A DNA stretch of 63,614 nt, the filler included. It is 17 parts of 17 records of this genome, joined end to end, with 100 filler letters (N's around TTAATTAATTAA, not from the genome) between each part and the next. Parts side by side here need not be neighbours in the genome. Positions count along the whole stretch, not along the records: positions 1 to 4,202 come from SRR9188676_976; positions 4,303 to 7,150 come from SRR9188676_983; positions 7,251 to 10,036 come from SRR9188676_984; positions 10,137 to 14,297 come from SRR9188676_985; 13 more parts are not named here. One strand, written 5' to 3'. The position numbers were made by a program, and so were the translations under genes. Shown piece by piece: positions 1 through 12,241 of the stretch. The notes beneath the pieces were generated by a model that saw nothing but the letters and a program-made list of their open reading frames with translations, did no database searches and had not been told where the DNA came from. The first letter of the stretch is position 1. Every line of letters begins with the position of its first letter.

Positions 1-75
1 TCCCTGCCACTAGTTTCGACCTCAACTCCTGGACTAGTAGCGTCTATCACTGGAGTGAAAAGAAGAAAATATCGA

Positions 76-1307
76 TCAAGTTTTGAAAAACATACACGAA
101 ATACTCGTTAAAGTCCTGGAGTATTTGCGCGCATATATCAAAGGGGGAGATGAGAATCTTATCTCGATCTCGACTGGGATCAAATCGGTCACGATAAATT
201 CAACATAAGGTAAATACTCCACCGCGACAGACGTAACAAATTCAGATAAATTACATACCGCCTTAGTAGTGTGTTCTTCAATCTTAGTAACACGGCGATC
301 GAGTAGGGTATGGTGAGCTACAAGATTGTCGATGTTTTGATTTAATGTAACGACGGCCCCCAACTCTAAGTTCGCTACTCGTTGCTGAAGGTCTGCGACG
401 CTTGAACTTTCTGTGGTCCTCGGCACAGGTGCTGCAGCTGTGACAGTGTTTTCCGTGACAGAGGCAGTGTTCTCCTGGATATCAGGAATAAGAATGCAAA
501 AAGAAAAATTAATCCCTAAGTAGTGAACTCGCTCATGGCTCAAGTCAACAAGAAGAAAATGACAAGAAACATGAAACAAAAGGATCAAGCGCAGTCCGTG
601 TATCAAGCATAGTGAGTGTAAATAATTACGGAGGCCTTTTCAGGGACAAGACATAGAAAAATGGGGTAAAAAGGGATCTAAGTGTTGTGGAAAAGTCGTG
701 AAATGATTGAAACCCATGGACATGAAAAGGCGAAGGTATTGACCCTTCCAATCGTTGAGGATGATGTGAATGAAGCTGCTGGGTTTTGTTTCTTGGTGGA
801 GTTGTACGGGAAAATGATGTGAGGGCGCAGGAACAGGGAAGGAAGCAGATGAAGACATCTCAGAAAGGAATTCGGCGTATCAAGAATGCAGGAGGATGAT
901 AAAAAGGAGAGACTGACCAGAGCTCTCTTCTTCCTCGCAGTTTTGTTGGAAATGATTCCAAATTCGAGCTTTTCAGTAGTCAAAAATCGCTGATCTCCAC
1001 CGATCAGAACCGCAAAAATAACAATCTCAAACTTCTTGTCTTCTTTCGATGGTATTGGAACTTCATCTCGTTTAAACGTGAATGTGTTTTGGGTTGGATT
1101 CGAGACATCATCGAGTAGAAAGAACTTGTCATGGATGAGGTACGGGCCTGGTTTAATATCGCCAATTAGATAGAAGTGGAGGCTTTGAACCGAAAGGGAA
1201 GGATTAAGAAGCCGGTATTCCAATTCGAGAGAGAGTTTTTTCTTCTCAGACCTGTGATAGTGATTCTTCTCGGGATCGTCAAATTGATGGATGATTAGAA
1301 TGTCCAT
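76..1307 (-). CDS. Hypothetical spliced protein, exon structure unresolved
   Basis: ATG at 1307 opens about 130 globular-looking codons up to a GTCAGT donor. A downstream segment looks coiled-coil (VADLQQRVANLE...LDRRVTKIEEH). No family recognised. Confidence 0.35.
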
Positions 1308-1641
1308 TTCTTAAGGGGGGATGAAAACTATGCGTTAAGATCGATGGTTTCAAGGAAATGATAGTCTTCCGCGAGAGATGCCGTGCAGACGCGCTTATTC
1401 AAGAAGAGAAAGGTTCAAAAAAAAAAATTGTGGCATGACGTTGACGACATGACACCGAACACCGATATGACGGTTCAGGAGTGCCTGGTTACCGAATCGT
1501 TGGTAGAACTTTCTCGAAACGTCACATGACCCAACGATTCGTTTCCAGGAGTAAGTTAAGCGCTTCGACCGCGCCGCGGCCAATTTGTTCGACTCATTTT
1601 CACTTGAAGTTGCGTCTCTTCGGCCCATTTGAATTTCGATC

Positions 1642-4202
1642 ATGAACATCTATGTATACTTGATCATCTTTGCGATTTTACTCGCAGGTCTCGAGCAGAT
1701 GATTATGACACCTGCTCGGCGCAAAGAAGTCATATATCTCCGCTATAAAATCCAGGCTCGTATTGCTCTCTGCTATGCCTTCTTTCACCGCTACGTCCTT
1801 GTAAATCTCTGTAGTATTCTTGATATGCCGCTCTCTCCTCGCCCCGGCGATACGGACATTTCTCCATCATGGCTCGCACAGATTCTTCGCGAGCAATTCC
1901 CCTCTCATGGTGAAATTGCTCTTGCATCTATCAAATTAGATGACTTATCTGGCAATCGTGGTCTGAGTGGCGCGCTCACTCGCATCCGTCTCACCTATGA
2001 TATAATATCGACTCGTGACACTTCCCATCTTCCAGCAACTCTGATTTTAAAAATGAACCAATGTCAGACTCTATCACAGCGCATTTCAGCCATAGCAGGC
2101 GGTCAATACAGAGAGGCAATCTTCTATAAGAGCCAGTTTGCAAAACAGGTCAAGCCAAGCACTCTTCCCAAGATCTTCTATGCACATGGCTCATCGATTT
2201 TTGGCGATTCTGTGGTGCTAATGGAGGACCTCCAAGATGCGATGGGTGTCAATTTCATCTTTGGGAACCAGTGCTGGGGAATTCCTCAAACTGTGATAGC
2301 CAAACTGGCGAGGAGGTATGCACTTTCCGAACAGCATCATTCTATATTTCATTTTTGATTTCAGACTTGAGTTTCGAAAATGCCCACTGATACATATCTG
2401 GTAAGAGGCGAGAAAAAAAAGTCTTCGATCTATAAGTCCCGATTGAAAGTGCTCGAAGCAAAATATACAAAAGCTACTCTAATTCTCATTCTAACACTTT
2501 CCAAAAAGGAGGGATCGGACAAAAGATATCATGAATTCCCCCAATTTCGATCAGCCCTTTCCCTAAACCTAGGTCGTCGATTTTTCTATCCCCCTCGACC
2601 TCCGGGAATTTAATTTTTTTCTCTTTTCTAAAAAAAAATTCAACGTTATTCATTAGGAGATATTTATTTTTATTGACCCCATTTCCCAACTCTGTCTCTG
2701 CATTTAATCCCTCGTTTAGATGGACTCTGAAAAAGTGTGAAGGTCATTTTGATTGAAATCCCGATAAACCTGCCTTTTCCTCGACTTCATTGACCGACTC
2801 TCGTTTCTCACCCTGCTCGAGAATCCATATTCTCTTACTACCCCCCACCACAACATTCATTGTCACCAGTTGGATCAGCGTAAATCAAGATCGAACCATG
2901 CGAAGTTTGTCTCGATGGAATAGAACCCCCTGAGGGATTCTTGCTCACTATATTTTCAACTGGCCCGAATCTCAATTGTTTTGGGGCAGTTGATATACGG
3001 TGACTTATTTTGAAGAGAGCCTGTCCGTGGCAACTATTCCTGTGTAGATTCTCTCACATTTTAGTTTCATCTTTAGTTCAATTTTTGGTATCTTTATATG
3101 CAGTCAGACCCACCTTCTGTTGTCTTGACCATATTCTATCTCTCGAAATTCTTTGAACGACTTTTTCTCGCCTAACGAGGTGTCCTAATTCTACTTCCCG
3201 AGAACCACACTTGATGTTCATGTCTCATCTTTTGAAGTTTTGTTCACTCACATTGGACGTTCTTTGAGATTTGCGCCTGTTAAAAATATCACCTGAAAAG
3301 GTTGGCATATGACTAGAATCTTAGAATCTTATTGTTAGTCCCATAGGACTGAAGCTCAAATACTATTTTGGCAGTGGTGGGAATGTCTCCATTGTTGAGT
3401 GAGTCATGTTTATCCACAACTCAAGGCAACCAAATTCAGTCTATTGATGTTCCTGATGTACGGTGCCTGTGATGATGGATAAATCTCCCGAGATCTGAGC
3501 TGATACGATTCCGATTTTTCGTTGTCTTCCAACCGTTGGTCTGTTTCAAAGGTTTTAGATCTACTTGATTGAGACTGACTTTCCAGGGATAATTCGTTCG
3601 AATTGTGATTACAATATCTCAAATATCTGTCCTTTCTTCCGTTTTCTCTCACTCTCTCGCTTCTCTTCCTTCCTTTCTTCGTTTCTTTCATCTGCTTTTC
3701 CAGTGGTATCGAGCCCCATATCATGCTCGAACGCATGTATCTCCAAGCAGCTGATTTCCATGCTCCCCACTGGAATGACTCCTCCCTTTTTACTGTCCCC
3801 TGGCTCAAGGGCTCGCAGTGGTATCAGGGCAAGGGCAGAGAGTCATGGGAACTCGCTGTTCAGACCTCTTTCAGAGCCTGGCAAAAAGTCAAGTCTGATT
3901 TCACGAGTGCGGATGCTCTCGAACTTTCTCTAAGTAAGAATGCTGGTGGTGTTGATGGTGGGGGGAGTAGTGAAGGTGCAAGCAAAGCCGGAAAAGGAAC
4001 CGAGATCAGCAGCGGGAATGGTGTAGGAAAGAGTGGGAAAAGCAAGCCTTCAAGTTCCAAAACGGACGGGAATACTGCAACCGGTGCGTCGACTGTGCCC
4101 CCTCCCCCAACTACAAGAAAATCTGCAACCAAAACTTCAAAATCCACATCTACCCCTACCGAAACACTTCCACCACCATCATCATCATCACCATCACCAT
4201 CA
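1642..4202 (+). CDS. EcKL/aminoglycoside-phosphotransferase-like kinase with N-terminal hydrophobic anchor, 3' partial
   Basis: Exon 1642-2315, GT-AG intron 2316-3703, exon from 3704; the join is in frame. Motifs PSWLAQIL, GLSGALTRIRLTY, LPATLILK, REAIFY, PKIFYA, VLMEDL and ADFHAPHW...PWL are typical of the APH/choline-kinase-like N-lobe. The catalytic HGD motif lies beyond the contig end. Confidence 0.7.
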
Positions 4203-4302
4203 NNNNNNNNNNNNNNNNNNNNNNNNNNNNNNNNNNNNNNNNNNNNTTAATTAATTAANNNNNNNNNNNNNNNNNNNNNNNNNNNNNNNNNNNNNNNNNN
4301 NN
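4203..4302. other. Artificial contig-joining spacer (first of 16)
   Basis: N44-TTAATTAATTAA-N44, with stops in all six frames. Identical spacers start at 4203, 7151, 10037, 14298, 17846, 20726, 23971, 28619, 31422, 34996, 37849, 40746, 45871, 49516, 56299 and 60046. Confidence 0.98.
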
Positions 4303-4869
4303 AGTCTCGAGCAACCTACGAGTGCCGTGAGACCCTTGGGTATCGAGTTTTATTCACTATGAGACTCCCAAATTCTCCTGTATATCCGTAAAAATGGTTC
4401 AAAGTGAATAAGAATAAAACTTTAAACAACATTCATTGTTTTCCGTTGGTTTTCATTTTGCAGCGGTCGGGGATTGGATCTGATATTGCAAAAAACAAAT
4501 TCCATTGCGGGGTTTCACCTCCGCTGGGGAATCATATCCCACCCTCAAAATTGTTGACGAAGATATGGGGAATTAAGGGTTGTAGCCGTGATCGACCACG
4601 ACATCATTGAGATTTGATGCTGAAGAATTTAGCAGAAGATCCCACATGGACTTCTAAATCGAAGGTGACTGTGGGGTAAGGTCTCAGAGTAAAGTGAGGA
4701 TATTGTGCTTGGGTTCCCAGAATCCGATCTGGATCAAATTGTCGTGTTAAGGGGGAAGTAGACTTGAGAAAAATGGCATTACTCGAGGAACCTGGACAAC
4801 CGAAGATGTGAATAGAAAGTGACATGCACAAATGATATTAACGAAGCGCTAGCACAGAGATAGACGTAC

Positions 4870-6900
4870 ATGCTCTCAGGCGGTCCTGAAACCTTCGTAG
4901 TGCGGCGCGCTGTGCATTTATCCGTGCGGCATCGAACAGATCGGCCAGGCTGGCGCTCAGCTGCGTGTACTCCTCCTCGGTCACCCCAATGTCATCAGCC
5001 CCTCCCCCTCCCCCTTCTCCTGCACCTCCCTCCCCCGCGAACAGGAACTCCGGCACGATTTCTCCATCGTCCTCCCCTGGACGTAGCTTCGGCGGATTCT
5101 GAGAGACAGTCGTGGTCGAGTGAGAAGAGGAGAAGCAAGCAAGAGAGAGAGGGGGGGTGGGGGGGTGGGGGGGTGAACCGAGGAGAGAGGGGTAGGAAGC
5201 AAGTCGGAATGAATCAGAGCCTAAGCGTGTCAGCTGCGGGTGTGCAAGGAAGGAGCAAATGGAAAGGGGCCAGATGTCGTCTGACAAATATATGTAGAGA
5301 GAGAAAGGGATATTGGGCTGAATTGTAACCCAAGTGTTTGTATGTTGACATATCTCATTCCTGTAATTATAAATAAGCACAAAAATTAACGCAACCATTG
5401 TATAAATAAATATATCAGCAACTCAAAAAAAGAGATAGATAGATATGTTGTGGCTTTACTAAATCGAGTGTGGTTTGGGGGGTGGGGGAGTGGGGGGGTG
5501 GGGTGCACATGTGAGCCAGTGTGGCAGGACTGTTAGGACCGATAATGATGCAACATTGACGTGAGATGATGGGGCGGTCCCTTCATATTAGCCCCTCATC
5601 CTTAATCCAACATTGACACCAAGATTACGGTGCGCTCCCCAGGATGATTGATTTTAAATGATGGAAGGACATGCAGAGACTTTCCGAAACAGGTCAGCAG
5701 CTGGAGTGTATCGTAATAGCAGTGTTTGAAATGATAGCTTTTGAATCCTTGTTCAGATTCAAGACTTGTTGGATGGATGTTCTAACCTGAATGGTTTGGC
5801 GACGCAGAGCAATCTGGACTGCCATGGCCTTGTCCACTTCATCCGAAACTGTTTTTAAGCGCTCATTAAGCTTAGCTTCATCTGCTGGGTTGGATGCCGT
5901 GCCCTCTAGGCTGCCGATCGCTTCAAAGATGCGATGTTGGATCGCTCTGAACTCTGCCTCAGCGGCCGACTTCTCCTCACTACGGGCAATCTCAAGAGCA
6001 TTTTGGATTGTCTTTTCATGTGCCAATGAAAGAGAGCTATGTTTCGAATGGGATTTGGTTGGAGATTGATCGGGCACAACATAGATTCTATGGCGATGGG
6101 CTCGACGGCCTGCGTCCTTGGCCATGGCATCTTTCTCCTTCTCTTTTTGATCATGAAGAGTGACTTGATACATGATTCACAATCAGTACGGGCATGATTA
6201 TGATTGCCACATACTCTCGATGTGATGAGATGTCCACCAACTGACGCTCAACATTTTTTCATTTGTTGAAAAGCTCTCTTGCGCTCCTTGAACTATCCCC
6301 TGGATCCCAGACGCCGATGACGCCGACTTCTGTCATTTCGACAGATGAGATATTAGAATCAGAAAAAAATATTCATAATCATTGTGATATCCGAAAGGAA
6401 AATGTCAAGACCAGGCTTCAGAGAATGACGAACTTGATTGATGACCCCGGATGAACCAGATGAACGGAGCCTCAATCTGAACTCTGGTTTTGAAACTTAC
6501 TTTTACCATATTGCTGGGCTTGTTATGTTCGAAGGCAAGATGATGTCTCATCTTCCTCACGCCCTTTTTGTTATCCCCCACTTATCTTCGTTTCTTCAGC
6601 TCCTGAACTATATTTCTTGATGAGCCCGTGTGTTTATGAGCGAGCTTCGTAACTCTATTCGGGTACATTCCTGTTCTCATGCGCGCTTCCGCCTGCATTT
6701 TTTTTCGCATCTAGAGATTCTATTGGAGAGAGCGGTCAAGGAACCGCGCTTTAACGGCGGCAGGTCTCAGGGCGGCAGTCACCTGTGGTGGCAGCCATCG
6801 CGGCGGAGGATGGGCGGCCGCATTGGTACTCCCGGCTGTTCAGGGCGTCAGTGGGCGAAATGTACCTTTTCGAATCGGCAATTCCACTAATACACAGCAT
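4870..6900 (-). CDS. Uncharacterised multi-exon protein with coiled-coil region, 3' partial
   Basis: ATG at 6900. The first short introns join in frame (MLCISGIAD...ATTE|SLDAKKN...RN|KYSSG). Helical exon around 5787-6160 and an acidic/Gly exon around 4870-5100. Confidence 0.45.
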
Positions 6901-7814
6901 CTTTTGTTTTTTGTCCCTCAACTTTTCTCTTTCTTTTCCTATTTATTCATTTCATCTCCTTTCGCTGTCGCTAGTTGTTGATATATTCTGGAAATTCCTT
7001 AGAATTTTACATAAAGATCATAACGGTTCTGGCTGACATAGTTTCAAATACCAGTGTCAATATTCGTAGCTATATCCCGTTCCATACCCGTGCCTAAATC
7101 TACACCTACAAAAAATCGAGAAAAAAAATCTGGGGATTAAAATGAAAGATNNNNNNNNNNNNNNNNNNNNNNNNNNNNNNNNNNNNNNNNNNNNTTAATT
7201 AATTAANNNNNNNNNNNNNNNNNNNNNNNNNNNNNNNNNNNNNNNNNNNNGGGGGGGGGGGGGGGGGGGAACCATTGTCTTTGTGTAGAAAAAAAGACAC
7301 AGCAAGAGAAGTGGAATAGTGAGATGAACCCGATTCCTACGAGTCCAACTATACTTGAGGAATAATAATAAGGACCGATCGATGTCAAAGCTGAACCCGA
7401 GAAGGGGTATGTGGGGTGAGGTTGATTGAGTATATCAATCTCAACATCAAGCAGTTCCCCTATCTGGCGAAAGGAATGCACCTGACGTTGATGTTGGTGG
7501 TGCGCTCGTAAAGAACGTTTGAGATTGTTATAGGGGCATTTTAGTCCGGACCTGAAGGTTGCGCTGGTCGCTCCCTAAACATCGTCAGGTCGCGTACGCC
7601 CGCCAGCATTCCTCTTGTCCCCTTTCTTTGAGAGGTCGAGGGCGAGTGGGGCATGATTGAGATTCTCAGAAGAAGAAAAAAGAAACAGCGCTGGCAGCAG
7701 CATCCAGCTGGCAGCTGGAAGGGTATATTGTCGTATATATGGCCGACCGATCGGTTCGGAGATTTGGTTCCGTAACTTTGATAGTATGATGTGATGATAT
7801 GCCAGAATTGTATG

Positions 7815-8310
7815 CTATCGGGTAAACCCAATCAGATTCGAAAGTTGACGTAGTCGGTTCTTCCCATCTGACGACAATAGGGACAATGAGTTATTTGCTC
7901 ACGAAGAAATAAATAAAGAAAAGACTAACCAGATAGTAGATATTCAATCTTTTGACCATCGGTAACTTGTTTCTGTCTTTCAATCTCACGTCGGGCCTGA
8001 AGGTACGAAGGGTCAGTTGACGGCGAAGTGCGCGAATTCATCTTACCTCAAGGCGGACTTCATGGGCAGTAGACTCATCAAGACGTGTTGCGAGGCGCAA
8101 GACAGAACGATAAAGCTGGAAGATTATGAGCATCTTTTATCCTGGAATTTCCAGATCAACACATACATACCTGAAGAACTTGCTGCCTTCGCATGAAATC
8201 CTGAAAAAAAAAATTGACCATATCAGTACACATCAATGTACTTAATATCATATTACCTTCAATGACAAAATTCTTCTCGTCTTTTCCAATTCTCTGAGTC
8301 GCGATGACAT
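7815..8310 (-). CDS. LYRM2: LYR-motif protein 2-like (mitochondrial LYRM family), complete, 90 aa
   Basis: Missed by the ORF track. Exons 8310-8257, 8200-8171, 8115-8047, 7996-7930 and 7867-7815 total 273 nt and give MSSRLRELEKTRRILSLKDFMRRQQVLQLYRSVLRLATRLDESTAHEVRLEARREIERQKQVTDGQKIEYLLSDGKNRLRQLSNLIGFTR*. LSLKxFxRRQQVLxLYR is the LYRM2 signature. Confidence 0.85.
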
Positions 8311-8395
8311 TTTTTTGGCTGCGATCGAGGCAATTTCATTCCCCGATTTTGCAGTCACACGCCAGAACGTTTCTGCAACAAACCGAAACAAGAAA
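8311..8395. promoter_or_regulatory. Putative bidirectional promoter / 5' UTR region between LYRM2 and ACP5
   Basis: 85 bp separate two divergent ATGs, each preceded by an A-run. Confidence 0.55.
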
Positions 8396-9948
8396 ATGAA
8401 GCTTTTTGGTCTTACATTCTCTGCTCTTTTGGCATCGAGTGCATTTGCTTTGCCAACAAGTCACTTGGGCGATGTAGAACAGCCCTTCACCTTCCTGTCG
8501 ATTGGTGATTGGGGCTTCCCAGGTAGATATTTTGTCTCATGTTCCTGATTTGTTGCTGACTTGCCCTTTTGTTTGAACAGGACCCTCTCAGTCTGATCTC
8601 GCCGATCAGATGGCCCAGCGAGCCTCCGTTGAGAAGCCTAACTTCATCATTTCCCTTGGTGACAACTTCTACCAAGATGTAAATATTTTCCTCCCAACCA
8701 ACCATCAAAATGCAGAACTGCCTCAAGCAGCCATTCATTCATTCGTTATTTTGGTTTCTCCCTTTGCTCTTCTTCTTTATCTTTAGCTTGTCTTCGAGAA
8801 TCTCTTTCACATCCTCCCAAAACAAAGAAAGGAAGGAAAGAAAAAAACAGACCCACGTTGATTGATACTGACTTGATAGATTCTGCCGTCATACGCTTTC
8901 TCTCATTCCTTCATGTTTGTTCTGAAAGAAATGCTTCGAAATTGGACCTCATCGAACCTTCATTTCGACTGCAATTCTTCATCATTATGATTTGGCACGA
9001 TTGCAGCGTATTTATGTCTGTTTTTTTGCATTATGAACAGGGTGTTCACAGTGACAGCGATCCGCTGTTCAAGACAGTATTCGAGGACGTGTACAGCAGC
9101 CCGTCCCTGCATGTGCCCTGGTACATTATTGCCGGCAACCATGATCACTACGGCAACATCACAGGCCAGATCACTTACTCTGCCCTCTCGAAGCGATGGG
9201 TACGTTTGTTTCTTGATACTGACGGAATCTTCTTGAGTGTGCTGCCGCAGCTGGGTGAGCTTGACTCTCCATGGTCGTACCCACCCCGCATGTACCATAT
9301 CCCATACCCACGCCCAGACTCGTATTCATGCCTATATCCAGATCAATTTATATTGTTCTGGATATTCGATCCATTTGTTGCTTTACTCCATCATCTCTCA
9401 CTATCACCACCGCCAGTCCTTCATGTCTTTCTCACTGCTCCCGGGCTATGCAGATCCCCGAGACACCCTTGCGAAATTGCGAATTGCAATAAAAATCGGA
9501 CTTTACTTGTGAATGATTTTGCATGGCACGGGTGAGGTCAATGCCCAAGTCGGATACAGTGAAACCTCGTTGAATGAAACCACTCGGGCGGCAAAAACTG
9601 GATTTTCACTTAACGTGTCTTTCAATTCGAGCTTGCAGAGATTATCCTCTGATGTTCACTGTAGCAGCCGACTCTCTACAATTCGTAAGGGTTGCGAGGG
9701 GTCATTTCGCAAGCCTGCATTGTCTTTCGAACCAGATTGATTTCTCTCCTTCAGACCAACTCATCTCGTTTTCCTTCTCCGCTGTATATGCTCCATTGTT
9801 CTGTCCATTCAGAATTTCCCATCCTTGTACTGGAGCCGAGAGTTCGAGATCGACGAGAAGGGCACCAAGCTGCAGATCGTTGCTATCGACACTGAGACGA
9901 TGGTGGAGCCTGCGAACAGAATCAGCGTCTACAGGGACGAGATGCTCG
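8396..9948 (+). CDS. ACP5: Purple / tartrate-resistant acid phosphatase (ACP5-type metallophosphoesterase) with signal peptide, 3' partial
   Basis: Exons 8396-8522, 8581-8678, 9041-9199, 9813-9948. Motifs [31 protein letters not shown] and IDT. N-terminus [18 protein letters not shown]. Confidence 0.92.
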
Positions 9949-10781
9949 GTATGCATGTGATCCCATCAGTAATTCAGCCGACGACCAAAAGTTACATCTG
10001 GCCTCGTCTCAACATTTTTTTTTTTTTTTTTTTTTTNNNNNNNNNNNNNNNNNNNNNNNNNNNNNNNNNNNNNNNNNNNNTTAATTAATTAANNNNNNNN
10101 NNNNNNNNNNNNNNNNNNNNNNNNNNNNNNNNNNNNTTTATTTTGACTCTGAAAATTTCTCGCTGTTATAAAAAAAAAAAAATTGAAATCAGAAAATAAA
10201 ATTGAAAAATGAGGGTTTATTCCCTGATTTTGAGCCGAATAACATCTGACAGTGTCTTCCGAGGGTCATCGGACCAAGCAACATCGGAAGGGTGCCTGGA
10301 CCTCACACTCGCATCAGACACCTGAGGGCCGGATTTTGTCCTGGTGAGTGATATCGATTTACTCCTTGAGATTCGATTGATTCTCTTCTAGCCCCCAATT
10401 AAAACGCAAATCGGTTCAGCGTCGGATTGGGGAAAATTGATATTCGCAGAACGACAAGCTCTGAACTTTCTGAAGGCAGCAGCGATCTCCAAGAGACCAG
10501 ACTGCTCTGAGAACATTGATGCAAAATATGTAGCGGAGACAGGACACTACTAATCATAAAAAGTCCCGACTTTACGTCCGGTCATTGATTCAAAAAGATG
10601 AAATTATTCAGTGTATTTCGCTGAGGCAGGGGCGTTTGAATTTGTCTCTCATTTGAATTCCTTCATAAAAGAAGAATAAAATAAGCACATAAATTCCCGC
10701 AATCAATGAATATAAATAGTTTTTGTTTTTATTCATAGTCTGGCCTCAGTGTGCATGCATAAAAGCGAGGAGGGCACGTAC

Positions 10782-12064
10782 TGGTCTCGCGAGGGTCGAG
10801 AAGAGAGCCCAAAGCCAGGGGCATCAAATGCAATGACACGGGCAAAGCGGCCGAGCAATGGGACGCATCTATCCCACACAAAGCAGCTCGCACCATAGCC
10901 ATGGATGAATACCACGGTGCTTCCGGGCGCAGATGCCTCTCCAATCAGATGACTGGGTTTCTTCGAGTCCATGTAGTGAATGTTCACGCCATATACACGC
11001 AGGAAAAGACTGTCTTCTCGCGCAAGAGCCTTGTAAATTCCATTTCCTTCTTCTTCACCTTCACTGGACATCTCATCGCTGGATATAGTTTGGATTAGAG
11101 AAGAAGAGCGGACCTTGAGAGTGTTGAGTGAAGAAACTCATTAATCCACTTTCAAAAATCATTGAAATTGGAAGCCATGATGATGTTCGATCGATTCATA
11201 TTTGAGAGATGTGAGATGGTGAAATGAATTCAGTGCGATGTGGAATGGGGGGTTGCTGAGAGATCACAATGGAAATTCCGCTGTTGTTGGTTTTCGAAAG
11301 AAGAGATTTTTAGAGAGAGAGAAAGTTGCATACATGTCTTTGACTGCAGCACTGCCAGAGAGCAGGTTGTAGTCATTCCCTAATCTCTTTCGGCGGAGAT
11401 GGGTCACCACAGAGAAATAGGACAACACTTCACCCCATGTCGCAAACCAGGACACAGCGAGTAAAGAAATCGCCTATCAAAGAATAGAATGATATGAGGA
11501 TTATTTCTCATACATGGACAGAGAATGGAAGAAAAGAGAGTGTACTTTTCCGGGGGGATCAAATTCGCCAAACGAATATGCGTAACACTTCAAGGAAAGA
11601 TAGATTGTCGAAATCACAGACATGAAAACCACCACCTAAGCAATAAGAGGTTATTAGCACTCTTCTTTTAAAAGATATGAAAGGATGGAACCTACCCAAA
11701 CCGGAACAGAAGAGAATGAATCACGAAAGAAGAACACTGTAGTCATGATGATACATCTGATTGCAGAAAGAATCTATGAAGATACATAAAGAAATGTATT
11801 GAGTGCATGAATATTCGGGGAAATGCAAGCTGATGAACATACAACAAGGTCGAATAATGTGGTTTTCATGTTGAACTCGCTCATTTCGTGTCCAATATCA
11901 GAATCTCCAGCCAAAAAATATATCAATAGAGAAACCAATAGATCTATAGGGCCCAGCAGTCGGGGTAATGATGAAGTAACAAGATAGCCGACAAAATTGG
12001 CCACAAAAACAATCGTCCCCCATCTTCTTCTCCAAGTGACGCGATCAAAGCAGTCGCATCCCAT
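10782..12064 (-). CDS. Alpha/beta hydrolase with N-terminal membrane-spanning region, 3' partial
   Basis: Hydrophobic first exon from ATG 12064. A later exon has GVNIHY, VVFIHGYGASCFVW and RVIAFDAPGFGLSSRP (Abhydrolase_1 N-terminal motifs). Middle exons not fully resolved. Confidence 0.75.
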
Positions 12065-12241
12065 TGCAGGGATGTATTAGAAAGCACTCAATTGAAGGGA
12101 TAAATACAGATTAATTAACAAGAATCTTGGAGAAATGAACAGAAAAATCAAGAAGCGGCCGCGTCGAGAGAGAGTTCAAGAAATTCCACAAGATTGTTCG
12201 AGAAAATTCGGTGACCGATCGAAAGAGTTCTCAGCAGCAGA

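Noticed and set aside
4033-4254. Poly-His ORF suggesting a His-tag or metal-binding peptide
   Set aside because: An alternative frame of a CAT/CAC microsatellite at the contig end.
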